Positions 1 through 9,209 of a stretch of 64,000 nt of DNA are shown piece after piece. The first letter of the stretch is position 1; each line of letters opens with the position of its first letter. The stretch spans positions 248,001 to 312,000 of IMG/VR virus record IMGVR_UViG_3300044712_001255, one strand, 5' to 3'. A program made the position numbers and the translations under genes. The notes under the pieces are model-generated. The model was not told the DNA's origin. It did not search any database and worked only from the letters and a program-made list of their open reading frames with translations.

Positions 1-7
1 TGACGAT

Positions 8-766
8 ATGTTGCTGCTTGGAAACACGACAATTAACACCGTATATCACGAGTCGTTGAGCAATTATCGCTATCATTACATGTCTGACGAAGATCAACCT
101 GATGCTTTGGGACACGTGCCTGTTTATTCGGCGAGATACAAGCGATCATTTGATACTTCTCCTGATTCACGATCGTTGCGTTGGCCTCGATTCAACCCAA
201 ATCGCCTTGATACAAAGGACGGGTGGCGAAAGATTGAGAGGTCGTACGTTCGAGCAACGCAAATTTCCCACCGTACGTGGAATAAATTGGGCGAAACGCT
301 CCTACAAACAATAGAAGAATGTTCACTCGCGGTTGTCAATAACGTGTATGTGTTGTTCAGAGAAGATGACGAGATATCAGCCATTGTTTTTGAGTTTACC
401 AAAGATGGTAAACTTCGATCGTTTGCGAATGTCACGAATAAGTCAGAGCTAGATTACACAAATCCTGGTATTGCGATCATTCATGAACAATTCTCGGCGA
501 CGATAATCTCTGCGTTCCGCCAAAACAGAAACGCGCAAAGACGTTACGAACTCATGCGGTTTGTTCTGATGCGTTGGGCGTTCCCCAAATACCACGCAAA
601 AGAAGAATTTGAGGTCATTGACGCGCCTGGATCTGTCGTTACGACCATTATCGCACGAGCTACACCTGATTGTCCATTTGACAGGGCATATGTGATGCAA
701 GGCAGCTCGCAAGAGGTGCATTTTCCTGCGTTTTGGCCATACGGAAGTTTGAACACGATTGAGTGA
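8..766 (+). CDS. hypothetical protein (start may lie outside the window)
   Basis: 252-aa ORF, no recognisable motif. Confidence 0.5.
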   Translation: MLLLGNTTINTVYHESLSNYRYHYMSDEDQPDALGHVPVYSARYKRSFDTSPDSRSLRWPRFNPNRLDTKDGWRKIERSYVRATQISHRTWNKLGETLLQTIEECSLAVVNNVYVLFREDDEISAIVFEFTKDGKLRSFANVTNKSELDYTNPGIAIIHEQFSATIISAFRQNRNAQRRYELMRFVLMRWAFPKYHAKEEFEVIDAPGSVVTTIIARATPDCPFDRAYVMQGSSQEVHFPAFWPYGSLNTIE

Positions 767-767
767 T

Positions 768-796
768 GTGTAGAAAAATCTTCTACATATTAGGAT
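768..796 (+). promoter_or_regulatory. putative phage promoter GTGTAG-17-TAGGAT
   Basis: Matches recurrent intergenic GTGTAV-N17-TANNNT motif. Confidence 0.55.
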
Positions 797-802
797 GATT
801 GT

Positions 803-949
803 ATGTTGAATCCAAATCTTGTGTTGTTGATGCTTACGTTCGCGCTTGCCGGGTTTCTTATCGGCGGTACGACGGGCGCTGTGAGTGGTGCTCTTGTTGT
901 TTGCATATTGGGACTTATTGCAAACTTTATTGACGTCTTTCGTCGATGA
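803..949 (+). CDS. small membrane protein (48 aa)
   Basis: Manual translation MLNPNLVLLMLTFALAGFLIGG..., hydrophobic; below ORF-track cutoff. Confidence 0.4.
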   Translation: MLNPNLVLLMLTFALAGFLIGGTTGAVSGALVVCILGLIANFIDVFRR

Positions 950-1284
950 TGCGTATGAGAACATTTTCAACTCTAACGTTCAAGCGAATCGTAACGCGAT
1001 CAAAGACGCATGAAGAAACGTGGTGCGCTCACGTTGGTACGAATCGTCTGTACTTGAAACGTACTCGTAGCAAATTGTTTCCAGGTGATACGTGGTCTCT
1101 TGAGGCTTGGGGTCGAGGCCACAATAGATTCGGCCTTGGTGATACGTGGATCGTTTACGATGATGGTGATTTTGACATCATTGATCATCACAGACAGTGC
1201 AGTGATGCGCAAGATCCTGATGTTTGGTTGGCACGTGATCCTGACGTGCTAATTGCTTTCTGGTTGAAGATACACGGAAGATGA
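946..1284 (+). CDS. hypothetical protein
   Basis: ORF with ATGA-type overlaps to neighbours. Confidence 0.5.
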   Translation: MMRMRTFSTLTFKRIVTRSKTHEETWCAHVGTNRLYLKRTRSKLFPGDTWSLEAWGRGHNRFGLGDTWIVYDDGDFDIIDHHRQCSDAQDPDVWLARDPDVLIAFWLKIHGR

Positions 1285-1808
1285 TCGATCAATCAAATTG
1301 GGCAAATACGCTTGAAAAGCTTGTGGGCGAAGAAGCGTCATTGTCAAATTGGGCGGCGTTTTTGTGGCGTAAACGGAAGCATACCCAAGTCAAAAAGATG
1401 CACGTAATTCATCTAAAGCATGAAGAACATAAAAATGCTTTTCGCCCTGGCGATGTTCTTCAGAACGTATACCGCCGCAGTGAGAAGGTGCGTGTTCAAT
1501 CATACGACGCAAAACGCGAACGTTATGATGTGGTGTATTGCGACTCAGGAACTTGTGGCTTTTACTCTGCGAGAAAACTTGAAGATGAATACACAAAAGT
1601 TTCATCTACGTTACAGACACGTCAGGAAAATTTGAATCTATTGCCAGGTATGATGTACAAGAACGTAAAAACTGGCGCATACATTTTCGTAGAAACAAAA
1701 CCAGATGCGAACATGAGAGTACTTGTGAACACTGATAATGGACATCGTACAATGAGCGTTGATGAATTTTGTGATGGTGACTGGCGTCGTGTTGATTTGC
1801 CTTATTAG
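1281..1808 (+). CDS. hypothetical protein
   Basis: 175-aa ORF coupled to upstream gene. Confidence 0.55.
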   Translation: MIDQSNWANTLEKLVGEEASLSNWAAFLWRKRKHTQVKKMHVIHLKHEEHKNAFRPGDVLQNVYRRSEKVRVQSYDAKRERYDVVYCDSGTCGFYSARKLEDEYTKVSSTLQTRQENLNLLPGMMYKNVKTGAYIFVETKPDANMRVLVNTDNGHRTMSVDEFCDGDWRRVDLPY

Positions 1809-1815
1809 TTAAACA

Positions 1816-1992
1816 ATGAGAATTACGCTCGGTGAGTTGAAGGCGCTTATTCATGAGGCGGCATCGAATGATCGTGGTAAGTGTCAAAAGTGTGGCAAAA
1901 TTGTGATGTTGACCGACGACGGGTTAATTGATCAACACGACGATTGTCGTGGGGCTGGCGTAAAACCTGTTTCGACGGCACCACTTACGTAG
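1816..1992 (+). CDS. small Zn-ribbon protein with N-terminal ITLGELxxLIxE motif
   Basis: Manual translation MRITLGELKALIHEA...CQKC...H..C. Confidence 0.55.
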   Translation: MRITLGELKALIHEAASNDRGKCQKCGKIVMLTDDGLIDQHDDCRGAGVKPVSTAPLT

Positions 1993-2037
1993 TTGCTTGC
2001 AAACGTTTACGGGTGATGTCCCTAAAAGGAAAATACG

Positions 2038-2373
2038 ATGCAGGAATTCATCAAATCAATACCCGTTCCTGTCTTCGTCATTGCGTATTCGTTGATGTAT
2101 ACGTTAGGTGAAGTGTTCTCAAAGTTGTGGGCTAACACTGGTAACATTCATAATTTTCTTGCTGCGTTTTCTACCTATTGCGTAGGTACGTTCATTTGGT
2201 TGATGTTGATACTGAACACGAATGAACTTGGAAGAATGGGATATCTCATCATCGCCCAAGGCACATTGGTGACATTCTTGCTTTCATTTTTCATTTTCTC
2301 AGAACGAATGTCAACTGCTCAGTACGTGGGCGTTGCGCTCGCCGCTATCTCTGTGTGGTTGTTATCGATGTAA
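2038..2373 (+). CDS. SMR/EamA-like (DMT superfamily) small membrane transporter
   Basis: 111 aa, four hydrophobic segments, Glu in TM1 (LGEVFSK), C-terminal FSERMSTAQYVGVAL. Confidence 0.6.
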   Translation: MQEFIKSIPVPVFVIAYSLMYTLGEVFSKLWANTGNIHNFLAAFSTYCVGTFIWLMLILNTNELGRMGYLIIAQGTLVTFLLSFFIFSERMSTAQYVGVALAAISVWLLSM

Positions 2374-2402
2374 CTGCACCATTTCTGTGATATACTTAAG
2401 AC

Positions 2403-2792
2403 ATGTTCAACTATCCGTCCGCAGGTGAGGGACACGTTCCCGCGTACCAGGTATCTGCTATTCCTTTCGTGTCTTCATCTACGATGGCTGTGGCTGAAAC
2501 GCAGCGAATTGATTTTGGTTTTCTAACAAGATTCTTGTTCGTAAAGAACACGGGAGCGGCTGCTACAAAACTCGCAGTTGGGTTCACCGCTAACGGCATG
2601 AATCCATCAAATGGGAATTTTTTCTATCTCGCGGGCTCTGAGAGTGTGAACGTAGACCTACGAGTCACTAGCATCTATCTCTCGAGTTCTGTGGGCACCC
2701 CAGGATATTCTGTTGTCGCCGGACTGACAGGTATTCCTGTGCAAAATGCGTCAATTCTAACCGGGTCGTCAGGCTATCCTGGCGTTGGATAA
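2403..2792 (+). CDS. putative virion-associated beta-rich protein
   Basis: Gly/Ser/Thr-rich 129 aa; preceded by ATACTTA late-type motif. Confidence 0.45.
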   Translation: MFNYPSAGEGHVPAYQVSAIPFVSSSTMAVAETQRIDFGFLTRFLFVKNTGAAATKLAVGFTANGMNPSNGNFFYLAGSESVNVDLRVTSIYLSSSVGTPGYSVVAGLTGIPVQNASILTGSSGYPGVG

Positions 2793-2794
2793 AG

Positions 2795-2989
2795 ATGATT
2801 GATCTAACAACGTGTGGTGGGTGGAACATCCCACGCCACGTCTTGCGTAAGTGTAAAAGAGAGAATCTTCTGCGTCTTGCGAGATTCTTACACTTACGTT
2901 ATGCGCTTGACTCAATGTCTGATAGACAATTGAGCAAGCTTGTGTATTGGAAACTAACTCGATGGAAGCAAATCTTGCGATTTGGGTGA
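2795..2989 (+). CDS. small basic hypothetical protein
   Basis: 64-aa ORF filling the gap to a convergent gene. Confidence 0.45.
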   Translation: MIDLTTCGGWNIPRHVLRKCKRENLLRLARFLHLRYALDSMSDRQLSKLVYWKLTRWKQILRFG

Positions 2990-3769
2990 TTACCCAATGA
3001 TCTTTTTGATTATTCGCTTGATTGCTTCTGTCACAGTTTCTATACGCCCACCCTTACCACGAACGCGTGACATACCAAGATCTATCAACACCAATTCACC
3101 GGTGTCAGGTCGCTTCATCATATTTCCTGCGTGGTAGTCGTGGAAGTCTATTCCGATCGCAGTTAATGTCTGGAAAAGATCACGTAGGTGAAATTTTGTA
3201 ACAAGCAAGTTCCACGCTGCGTTTGCTTTCTTAACAAATTCTTGTGCTTCTGGCGTAGAGATTCCACCAAAATCTTTCTTAGCTTTCGCGGCAATGTGTG
3301 ACTTCGTCTTCTCTTTCACAACAGACCAATCACCACCGCTCTTCGCCATCCACAGGGGTACAGCTGTCGCTATTAGCGCGCTATTGAACTCTTTTCCGTC
3401 TGCGTCGCTGATTGGTTCCAGCTTTTCTTGCAATATCGCAAACACGTTGGAATCGCCTAACTGCCATACGCCGAATACTTTTACCACGCCAGGAACATCA
3501 CCACCCAGGCCTGTCAACGCAGCGGACGCCGCTGCTTCTTTTTCATCATTTGTAACTTTTAAGACCTTACCGTCAGGCGTTTCTAACGCTGTACCACGTG
3601 TGCCCGTCGCAATTGTCTTCAATGATGACGCGTCAGATACGCCAATCTTCTCAAGGAATTTTGGAAATTTTGATAGCAACTGCGTAGATTGTGATGCGTC
3701 GACTGGTGATGAATTGATTGCTTCTTTGATCAACTTGCGAATATGACCTACTGTGGTGACGAATCTCAT
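2990..3769 (-). CDS. protein kinase-like fold protein
   Basis: ATGTRG loop, KVLKVT, catalytic HDYHAGN, LIDLG; start re-assigned to MRFVTT. Confidence 0.75.
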   Translation of the reverse strand: MRFVTTVGHIRKLIKEAINSSPVDASQSTQLLSKFPKFLEKIGVSDASSLKTIATGTRGTALETPDGKVLKVTNDEKEAAASAALTGLGGDVPGVVKVFGVWQLGDSNVFAILQEKLEPISDADGKEFNSALIATAVPLWMAKSGGDWSVVKEKTKSHIAAKAKKDFGGISTPEAQEFVKKANAAWNLLVTKFHLRDLFQTLTAIGIDFHDYHAGNMMKRPDTGELVLIDLGMSRVRGKGGRIETVTEAIKRIIKKIIG

Positions 3770-3821
3770 AGGGTTACTTATGGTCGTGAGCGTATTCAAT
3801 GACAAGAAGCTAGATATTGAT

Positions 3822-4295
3822 ATGAAACCAACAATCATCTTCGTTTCTTCGAAATCGTGGGTGTCGAAGGCAATTCAATTCATCACCGGCGGCAACGTAA
3901 CACACGCAATAATCGGTGGATTTACAATCGAGAGTGCCGACATTGTTATGCATTCTGCAACGAGCGGCGTCGCATTTTTGCCTCGAGAAAAAGCTCTCGT
4001 TGGTTGTGACATTGTAGGTGAATTTGCAATTTCACATGACGTTAACATCAAGCAGTTACTGAACGATCTTGGCCAGCCGTACGATTATCTCGAAATGCTT
4101 GGATATGTGTGGGTTTATCTAGGAAAATTGATCAAACAACGTTGGCATAACCCACTGGGTTCGTCGCAAAGTTTCGTATGCGTTGAACTCATAATGTCAA
4201 TGAATCTTCCGGAATTAAATCAACTTGACAAACACGCAACGTCTCCGCAAGATCTGTACAACGCGTGTAGTCTGTGCTATGATAGGATAAAATAA
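3822..4295 (+). CDS. permuted papain-like amidase (YaeF/YiiX, NlpC/P60 superfamily)
   Basis: SKAIQFITGGNVTHA (His first), YDY, FVCVEL (Cys late): permuted order. Confidence 0.7.
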   Translation: MKPTIIFVSSKSWVSKAIQFITGGNVTHAIIGGFTIESADIVMHSATSGVAFLPREKALVGCDIVGEFAISHDVNIKQLLNDLGQPYDYLEMLGYVWVYLGKLIKQRWHNPLGSSQSFVCVELIMSMNLPELNQLDKHATSPQDLYNACSLCYDRIK

Positions 4296-4302
4296 GCGCA
4301 CT

Positions 4303-4638
4303 ATGGCTCGATGGTTGTTGTGGCTTGATGATCAAGCCAATGATATTGACACACCTAATCGCCACCCACCACAAGGATACACAGCGGCGACGTCATCTCA
4401 TGATGCCATTGCGTTAGTGTTGGCGAAGGGCACACCAGAATTCATGGATCTTGACCATGATTTGGGCATGTTAAATGATGGTACTGTCGATGACGCCTTG
4501 CGTTTCTTGACTTGGTTACAAGAACACGCGCCAGAACCTATTCGTTATCGTGTTCACTCGCAGAATCCAATAGGCGCTCAACGCATTCACGCTTTTATGA
4601 AATCGTGGCGACGTTGGTGGCTGTCACAAATCTCATAA
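4303..4638 (+). CDS. receiver-like protein (cyclic-phosphate-processing receiver family)
   Basis: LWLDD, FMDLDHDLG, VHSQNPIGA motifs. Confidence 0.6.
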   Translation: MARWLLWLDDQANDIDTPNRHPPQGYTAATSSHDAIALVLAKGTPEFMDLDHDLGMLNDGTVDDALRFLTWLQEHAPEPIRYRVHSQNPIGAQRIHAFMKSWRRWWLSQIS

Positions 4639-5706
4639 TCCAAAAAACAGCCCGGGGTCAGAGATGACAAGCACGTCTTTTTCTCCGGGCCGCGCCATGA
4701 CGTTATCGCCATGCATATCGCCCCATTCTATGCCCATTTTTTGGCTCAACCAATTTAGCGCTACATGAAATGATCGTAGTTCGGGGTGCTGTTTAATCTT
4801 CTCAACGTCAACATCACGTTCACCAAATTCCATTGGAATCGGCGCTACAACGTTCTTTGTCAAAGCTCTATCGAATTCTACGAAGAAGTATTGTAGGTTG
4901 CGTTCATCAAAATTCTGGCCGCCAAGATCTTTAATCATGTCAACCATCGTTCCCGTAATCTTATCTCTTTCCTTTGTGATTTGTTTGATCACTTGGTCGA
5001 TATCCCATATCGACTCGTCGGCGTCAGAGTAAGCCTTTGGAGGATTGCTACGAACTATCTCTTTGATTTTTGTTACGAATAGGTTGAATGCTTTTGCTGC
5101 TGCATTGCGTGGTAAATTAGCAACGCACCCCTCCCAGAGATCTTGTAAATCATCGCTTTCTAAAAACGCTACAATTCGTTGGTAAGAAGCGTTCTCATCT
5201 AGTTCATAGCTATCAAAAAATGACGCCATCGCTCGTGACATAGGAATCAATGGTTCAACAACGATATACCAAAATGGATGAGTGGGTGATTTAAGCCTCT
5301 TTGAAATCGCAGTTTGCTTTCGTTCGCTTGGAATTTCTCCTATCTCTAAAATGTTCACCATGTGACGTTTCACAATGTCTGGCGCGGCTTCTCGAGCCTT
5401 TTGCCACTTTGCGTACGAGTCAGCCTCTTCTTTTGAGGTGATTTTTGCAATTGCGCGCTTGTTGTGCCAGAGTACTTCATGAGCCGTGCTGTACGCTCCA
5501 GAGCCGACAAAACCCATACCATGATGATCTCCGTCGCCCCTTGGTATTGGAATAAGTCCAACTGACAACAGACGTTTATCGTCTACGCTATTTGACGATT
5601 GCGCCCATTGCAATAGCTTCTCACGATAGAATTCGTCTCGCCCCTTTTCTTCCATGATGACGTTAATCATCGAACGTAACTGTCTAATCGTGATTTGCAT
5701 CATCAT
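4633..5706 (-). CDS. protein kinase-like fold protein
   Basis: VGSGAYS Gly loop, AIAKIT, GDMHGDNVM, ISDPGLF. Confidence 0.75.
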   Translation of the reverse strand: MMMQITIRQLRSMINVIMEEKGRDEFYREKLLQWAQSSNSVDDKRLLSVGLIPIPRGDGDHHGMGFVGSGAYSTAHEVLWHNKRAIAKITSKEEADSYAKWQKAREAAPDIVKRHMVNILEIGEIPSERKQTAISKRLKSPTHPFWYIVVEPLIPMSRAMASFFDSYELDENASYQRIVAFLESDDLQDLWEGCVANLPRNAAAKAFNLFVTKIKEIVRSNPPKAYSDADESIWDIDQVIKQITKERDKITGTMVDMIKDLGGQNFDERNLQYFFVEFDRALTKNVVAPIPMEFGERDVDVEKIKQHPELRSFHVALNWLSQKMGIEWGDMHGDNVMARPGEKDVLVISDPGLFFGL

Positions 5707-5712
5707 ATCTAG

Positions 5713-5741
5713 GTGTAGACGTATCACGCGTAATGTATCAT
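5713..5741 (+). promoter_or_regulatory. putative phage promoter GTGTAG-17-TATCAT
   Basis: Recurrent motif; TG extended -10; ATG at 5748. Confidence 0.65.
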
Positions 5742-5747
5742 AAGAAC

Positions 5748-6218
5748 ATGATCAAGCGTTGGTACGCGTTATTGCTTACGTGTGTTGCGTGCGGAAGCGC
5801 TCATCCTTACGACGGGTGGGACGGAGATCCAAATTATCGAGTCGCAGCGCCTGGACAGGGCGGCATGGCAACCGTTGAATACGTACCTGGGCCGTTCTCA
5901 AGATGCTCTCGATACGATTATATCTGCGCGAATGACCCGTCTGGAAAGTTTCATGCGTACAACGGTGATAGAGATCAGGTTGGCGCTGTACTACGTGATC
6001 CAAACGCTTGCGTTTCAATTCGTGCTGTGACACATGAACCGTCAGAGTGTTGCACCCCACTTGGTACGTGCGAAATCAATAAGGCGTTGGGTCTGTGCGG
6101 CACCGGACAGGTATACGTGTTGAACTGCGAGGCTACGAGTGATTTTGCAAAGCAACGTAGTTGTTCTGTGATTCCAAATGGTGGCGTGCCGTTTCCGGCA
6201 CTTTGCTGTACTTTGTAA
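5748..6218 (+). CDS. Cys-rich putative lipoprotein
   Basis: Signal MIKRWYALLLTCVAC with lipobox-like Cys; many further Cys. Confidence 0.55.
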   Translation: MIKRWYALLLTCVACGSAHPYDGWDGDPNYRVAAPGQGGMATVEYVPGPFSRCSRYDYICANDPSGKFHAYNGDRDQVGAVLRDPNACVSIRAVTHEPSECCTPLGTCEINKALGLCGTGQVYVLNCEATSDFAKQRSCSVIPNGGVPFPALCCTL

Positions 6219-6226
6219 GGAACGTA

Positions 6227-6715
6227 ATGATAAAGCTAGACAGTGACAAGCACCTGAACATTAAGATTCGTATCCAAGTCTCTGAGGTTGAGACTGGAAA
6301 ATTCATTGACTCAGATGACGTAGATACCACAATTCCAAGTTACGAAGTTCTTGAGTGGTTCACCAATTATGGACGTGCCATTACCTCCGTCTTCTGCGCG
6401 AAACAAAATGTTGGCATTCGCATAACTGGTCCTGCCGATCGCAAGATATTACAAATCAAGACTCTACGTGAAATGGGTATTGAAGTCGCCGGATACGTGG
6501 GATTGCGTGAAGCGAAGGACGCAATTGAACAAATCGATCGTGGCCCACACATGGTAATCGCAGGATTGTCGACCACGGGTATTGCTCGCATTCAGTCAAT
6601 TGCGCAAGCTGCTGGGGTGTCAATCGAACTTGCTGCGACGACATCAACAATCGCAGAAGGAAGAAATCAACAGCAATCACAATATGTCATCATGCTAACG
6701 GCGAAATCTGAGTGA
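6227..6715 (+). CDS. protein with ribosomal bL12 (L7/L12) C-terminal-like domain
   Basis: KILQIKTLRE...VGLREAKDAIE...AAGVSIEL resembles bL12 CTD KIxVIKxVRE..GLGLKEAKxLVE...EAGAxVEL. Confidence 0.55.
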   Translation: MIKLDSDKHLNIKIRIQVSEVETGKFIDSDDVDTTIPSYEVLEWFTNYGRAITSVFCAKQNVGIRITGPADRKILQIKTLREMGIEVAGYVGLREAKDAIEQIDRGPHMVIAGLSTTGIARIQSIAQAAGVSIELAATTSTIAEGRNQQQSQYVIMLTAKSE

Positions 6716-6740
6716 TGCAAATGCGCCCTGGGATGGTTAT

Positions 6741-6983
6741 TTGTTAACCAAGGGTAAGACAATGTTTGTTGCAGCATCACTAGATAAGAGCCTCAACGAC
6801 CAAATAATCGGTGGTGACGTCGTGCCATGTCCGTTCGATTGCGGCGGCACGCTTTCAGACGAAACGTCGTCAGCACCTATACGAATGATGCCGGCATCTC
6901 GAGCTCGGATGATCACCACTCGGTGTAGCGGATGTAACACGCTTTTTTACGCATGCGTGCCTGTTGCTCGGAGAGCGTCATAA
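6741..6983 (+). CDS. small Zn-ribbon hypothetical protein
   Basis: CPFDC and CSGC pairs. Confidence 0.4.
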   Translation: MLTKGKTMFVAASLDKSLNDQIIGGDVVPCPFDCGGTLSDETSSAPIRMMPASRARMITTRCSGCNTLFYACVPVARRAS

Positions 6984-6985
6984 TC

Positions 6986-7363
6986 ATGCGAGTTGATCTC
7001 ATTTCAATCGTATCGCTCGCTGTTGCGGTACCCTCTGCTGCTGGAGCGGGCATATTTGCCACGCTTGACATGCATCCATTTCTAATCATCGGCACCGCGT
7101 GTTGTGCCGTGGGTGGCATCGCTGTTGCGACGTGGAGATTTGTTTCAACGTCAACTACGTCTAAGTCACCAGCGAAAAAGGTGTTAAGGTGGCGGCGGTC
7201 GTCTCAACGCAAAAGAAAACGCTTGAAGAGCTTTCCAGAAGATATCAGAAACATCAAACCACTTATCAACACGCGGTATAGCTTTCGTGAATCATCCCCA
7301 CCCGAAGAAATGAACGAAGAGTTCAATTCTCAAGGAGACAGAAATAGCGATATTTTTGGGTGA
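6986..7363 (+). CDS. membrane protein, basic C-terminus
   Basis: Two hydrophobic segments then Lys/Arg-rich tail. Confidence 0.45.
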   Translation: MRVDLISIVSLAVAVPSAAGAGIFATLDMHPFLIIGTACCAVGGIAVATWRFVSTSTTSKSPAKKVLRWRRSSQRKRKRLKSFPEDIRNIKPLINTRYSFRESSPPEEMNEEFNSQGDRNSDIFG

Positions 7364-7410
7364 CCAGTGTAAATGTTTGAAACCGTGTATTATTCTATCA
7401 GTCACCTAAA

Positions 7411-7815
7411 ATGAACGAAACACATAACGTATCCGGGCTCATCGCTCGGTTGCATTCAGAAACATCTTTAATCACTTCACGTCCTGGCAATGAACTCGAA
7501 GAGCGCATCATTCGTTGGACTGCATTGAGTCCAAACGTAATGTCATACGAGGTAGACGCAATCAACGTCATGTTGGACGAACTTGTGAAAAATGAGCCAG
7601 ACGTTGGCGTAATGTTCACAGCGTTTGACACGATCAAATTCAGATTTGAACATGGTGAATCACCAGCGGCCGTCTTGCTTGCATGGGAAATGTGCACGCT
7701 GGCGGCTGCAAATACAAGATCAATGTCGGCATTGCGTCTTTGCAGTACCGTGATGTTCAGTACGGTACGCAAGATGCACCAATCCCTACATGATGAGGCA
7801 GGTCGTGCTGCGTGA
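7411..7815 (+). CDS. hypothetical protein
   Basis: ORF downstream of GTGTAA-type promoter at 7367. Confidence 0.5.
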   Translation: MNETHNVSGLIARLHSETSLITSRPGNELEERIIRWTALSPNVMSYEVDAINVMLDELVKNEPDVGVMFTAFDTIKFRFEHGESPAAVLLAWEMCTLAAANTRSMSALRLCSTVMFSTVRKMHQSLHDEAGRAA

Positions 7816-8164
7816 ACAAGATTTCGTTCCAGGCAACGTCATAGTACAACGTATCATGACACGCGTTGTGAAGCATGTCAACAAAAAAGGCAAGCAAAGT
7901 GCTTTGTTTGATATCGACAAACGCGAAAAAATTGAATATGAATACGTTGAAGATGCACGCTTCATGATCATTTCGTGTGTCAAGCAATTCACGCGTCGTC
8001 ACAACAAACACAAGGTCAACACTGGCAGGTGGGAAGTATTTCTAATGCCGCTTGGATGCAAGACTACAGCACCCGTCAAAATGTCATTTTTGTATGGGCG
8101 TCGTAGCGACTCAGCTGTGAATTATGATTATCAACGCCTGAACATTTACGCTTCAAAGAGGTAA
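7790..8164 (+). CDS. hypothetical protein
   Basis: ORF track; true start uncertain. Confidence 0.45.
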   Translation: MMRQVVLREQDFVPGNVIVQRIMTRVVKHVNKKGKQSALFDIDKREKIEYEYVEDARFMIISCVKQFTRRHNKHKVNTGRWEVFLMPLGCKTTAPVKMSFLYGRRSDSAVNYDYQRLNIYASKR

Positions 8165-8174
8165 ATTCCATCTC

Positions 8175-8393
8175 ATGGAAGATGAAGCGCAACGCAAGAA
8201 GGCGTTAGATGACTTTTTAAGTGTGTTCTCTCAGCAACAACGTGAATTTAAGTTCACTGCGCATGACACAAATGAGACGTTTCGGCCGCCGTTAGCAGGC
8301 GATGGCAATGAATGGCAATTTCAGGCATTTCAGGCATCACCTAAAACAACTGGCGTGGGATATGTGCTGTGGTCTAGAATTCGAAAGCCATGA
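8175..8393 (+). CDS. hypothetical protein
   Basis: 72-aa ORF, ATGA overlap with HNH gene. Confidence 0.45.
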   Translation: MEDEAQRKKALDDFLSVFSQQQREFKFTAHDTNETFRPPLAGDGNEWQFQAFQASPKTTGVGYVLWSRIRKP

Positions 8394-8758
8394 GCAAGAA
8401 AAAGGAGAAACGTGTTCCACGTCCTCGAGGTCGTACGTTGGAACAACTTGCAATTCGAATTGCGCAAACTGATAAAACATTCGACGCATTGCCCGATGGG
8501 TGGAGCGGAAAGTGTATTTTTTGTGGTGGCAGAGTGTTTGTGTCATCATCAGGTAAGACGAACGCTACCATAGAACACATAGTACCAGTTTCTGCGGGTG
8601 GGACAAATGATGAACTCAATGTTGCATTAGCTCATAGCTCTTGCAACTCAGAAAAGGGCGTTCGACACGATCCCAACTACCCAAAAGACCCTCGATCTGT
8701 AGAAGTTGTCAATAACCTGCTCCAAAGACGCCAGGAGAGGTTTCGATCTGATATTTAG
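8390..8758 (+). CDS. HNH endonuclease
   Basis: CIFC...TIEHIVPVSAGG..N.ALAHSSCNSEKG. Confidence 0.75.
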   Translation: MSKKKEKRVPRPRGRTLEQLAIRIAQTDKTFDALPDGWSGKCIFCGGRVFVSSSGKTNATIEHIVPVSAGGTNDELNVALAHSSCNSEKGVRHDPNYPKDPRSVEVVNNLLQRRQERFRSDI

Positions 8759-8762
8759 CTGC

Positions 8763-9209
8763 ATGGACAACATTGCGTTGCTGCGGCACATCATTCTCGA
8801 CGAGGCTAAGAAGATTCAAAAGGCGAAGAAAGCCAAGGTGAAGCCTTGGGATGAAGCGCCAACAGGTGAAGGCGAAACCCAAGACATGGGCGATACCAAG
8901 GATGCCAAGGTTGGCGACAAGGCAAAGCAAACTGCTTGGGAAGATGGCAAGCCAAAGGGCAAGCTAAAGGCGACTCGTGCCACCGAGCGTAAACTTACGG
9001 CCGAAGAATTGCGTCGTCTTGTTATTGACGAGGCCAAGAAGGCTAAGGCGGAGAACGCGTCTGTTACGTCAGCCCGCACGCCGTTGGAAGATCCGGATCA
9101 AGTTCCTGAGCTTCCGTGGGAAAAGGGAATGCGTAAGAAGGGCGAGCACAAGCATGCCGTGAAGCAGGAAAGCGTTCTCAAAGGCCTTGCTGATTCGCTA
9201 GAGGAGTGA
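8763..9209 (+). CDS. charged protein with repeated LRxxIxDE motif (putative virion internal protein)
   Basis: LLRHIILDEAKK and ELRRLVIDEAKK; preceded by ATATTTA. Confidence 0.55.
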   Translation: MDNIALLRHIILDEAKKIQKAKKAKVKPWDEAPTGEGETQDMGDTKDAKVGDKAKQTAWEDGKPKGKLKATRATERKLTAEELRRLVIDEAKKAKAENASVTSARTPLEDPDQVPELPWEKGMRKKGEHKHAVKQESVLKGLADSLEE

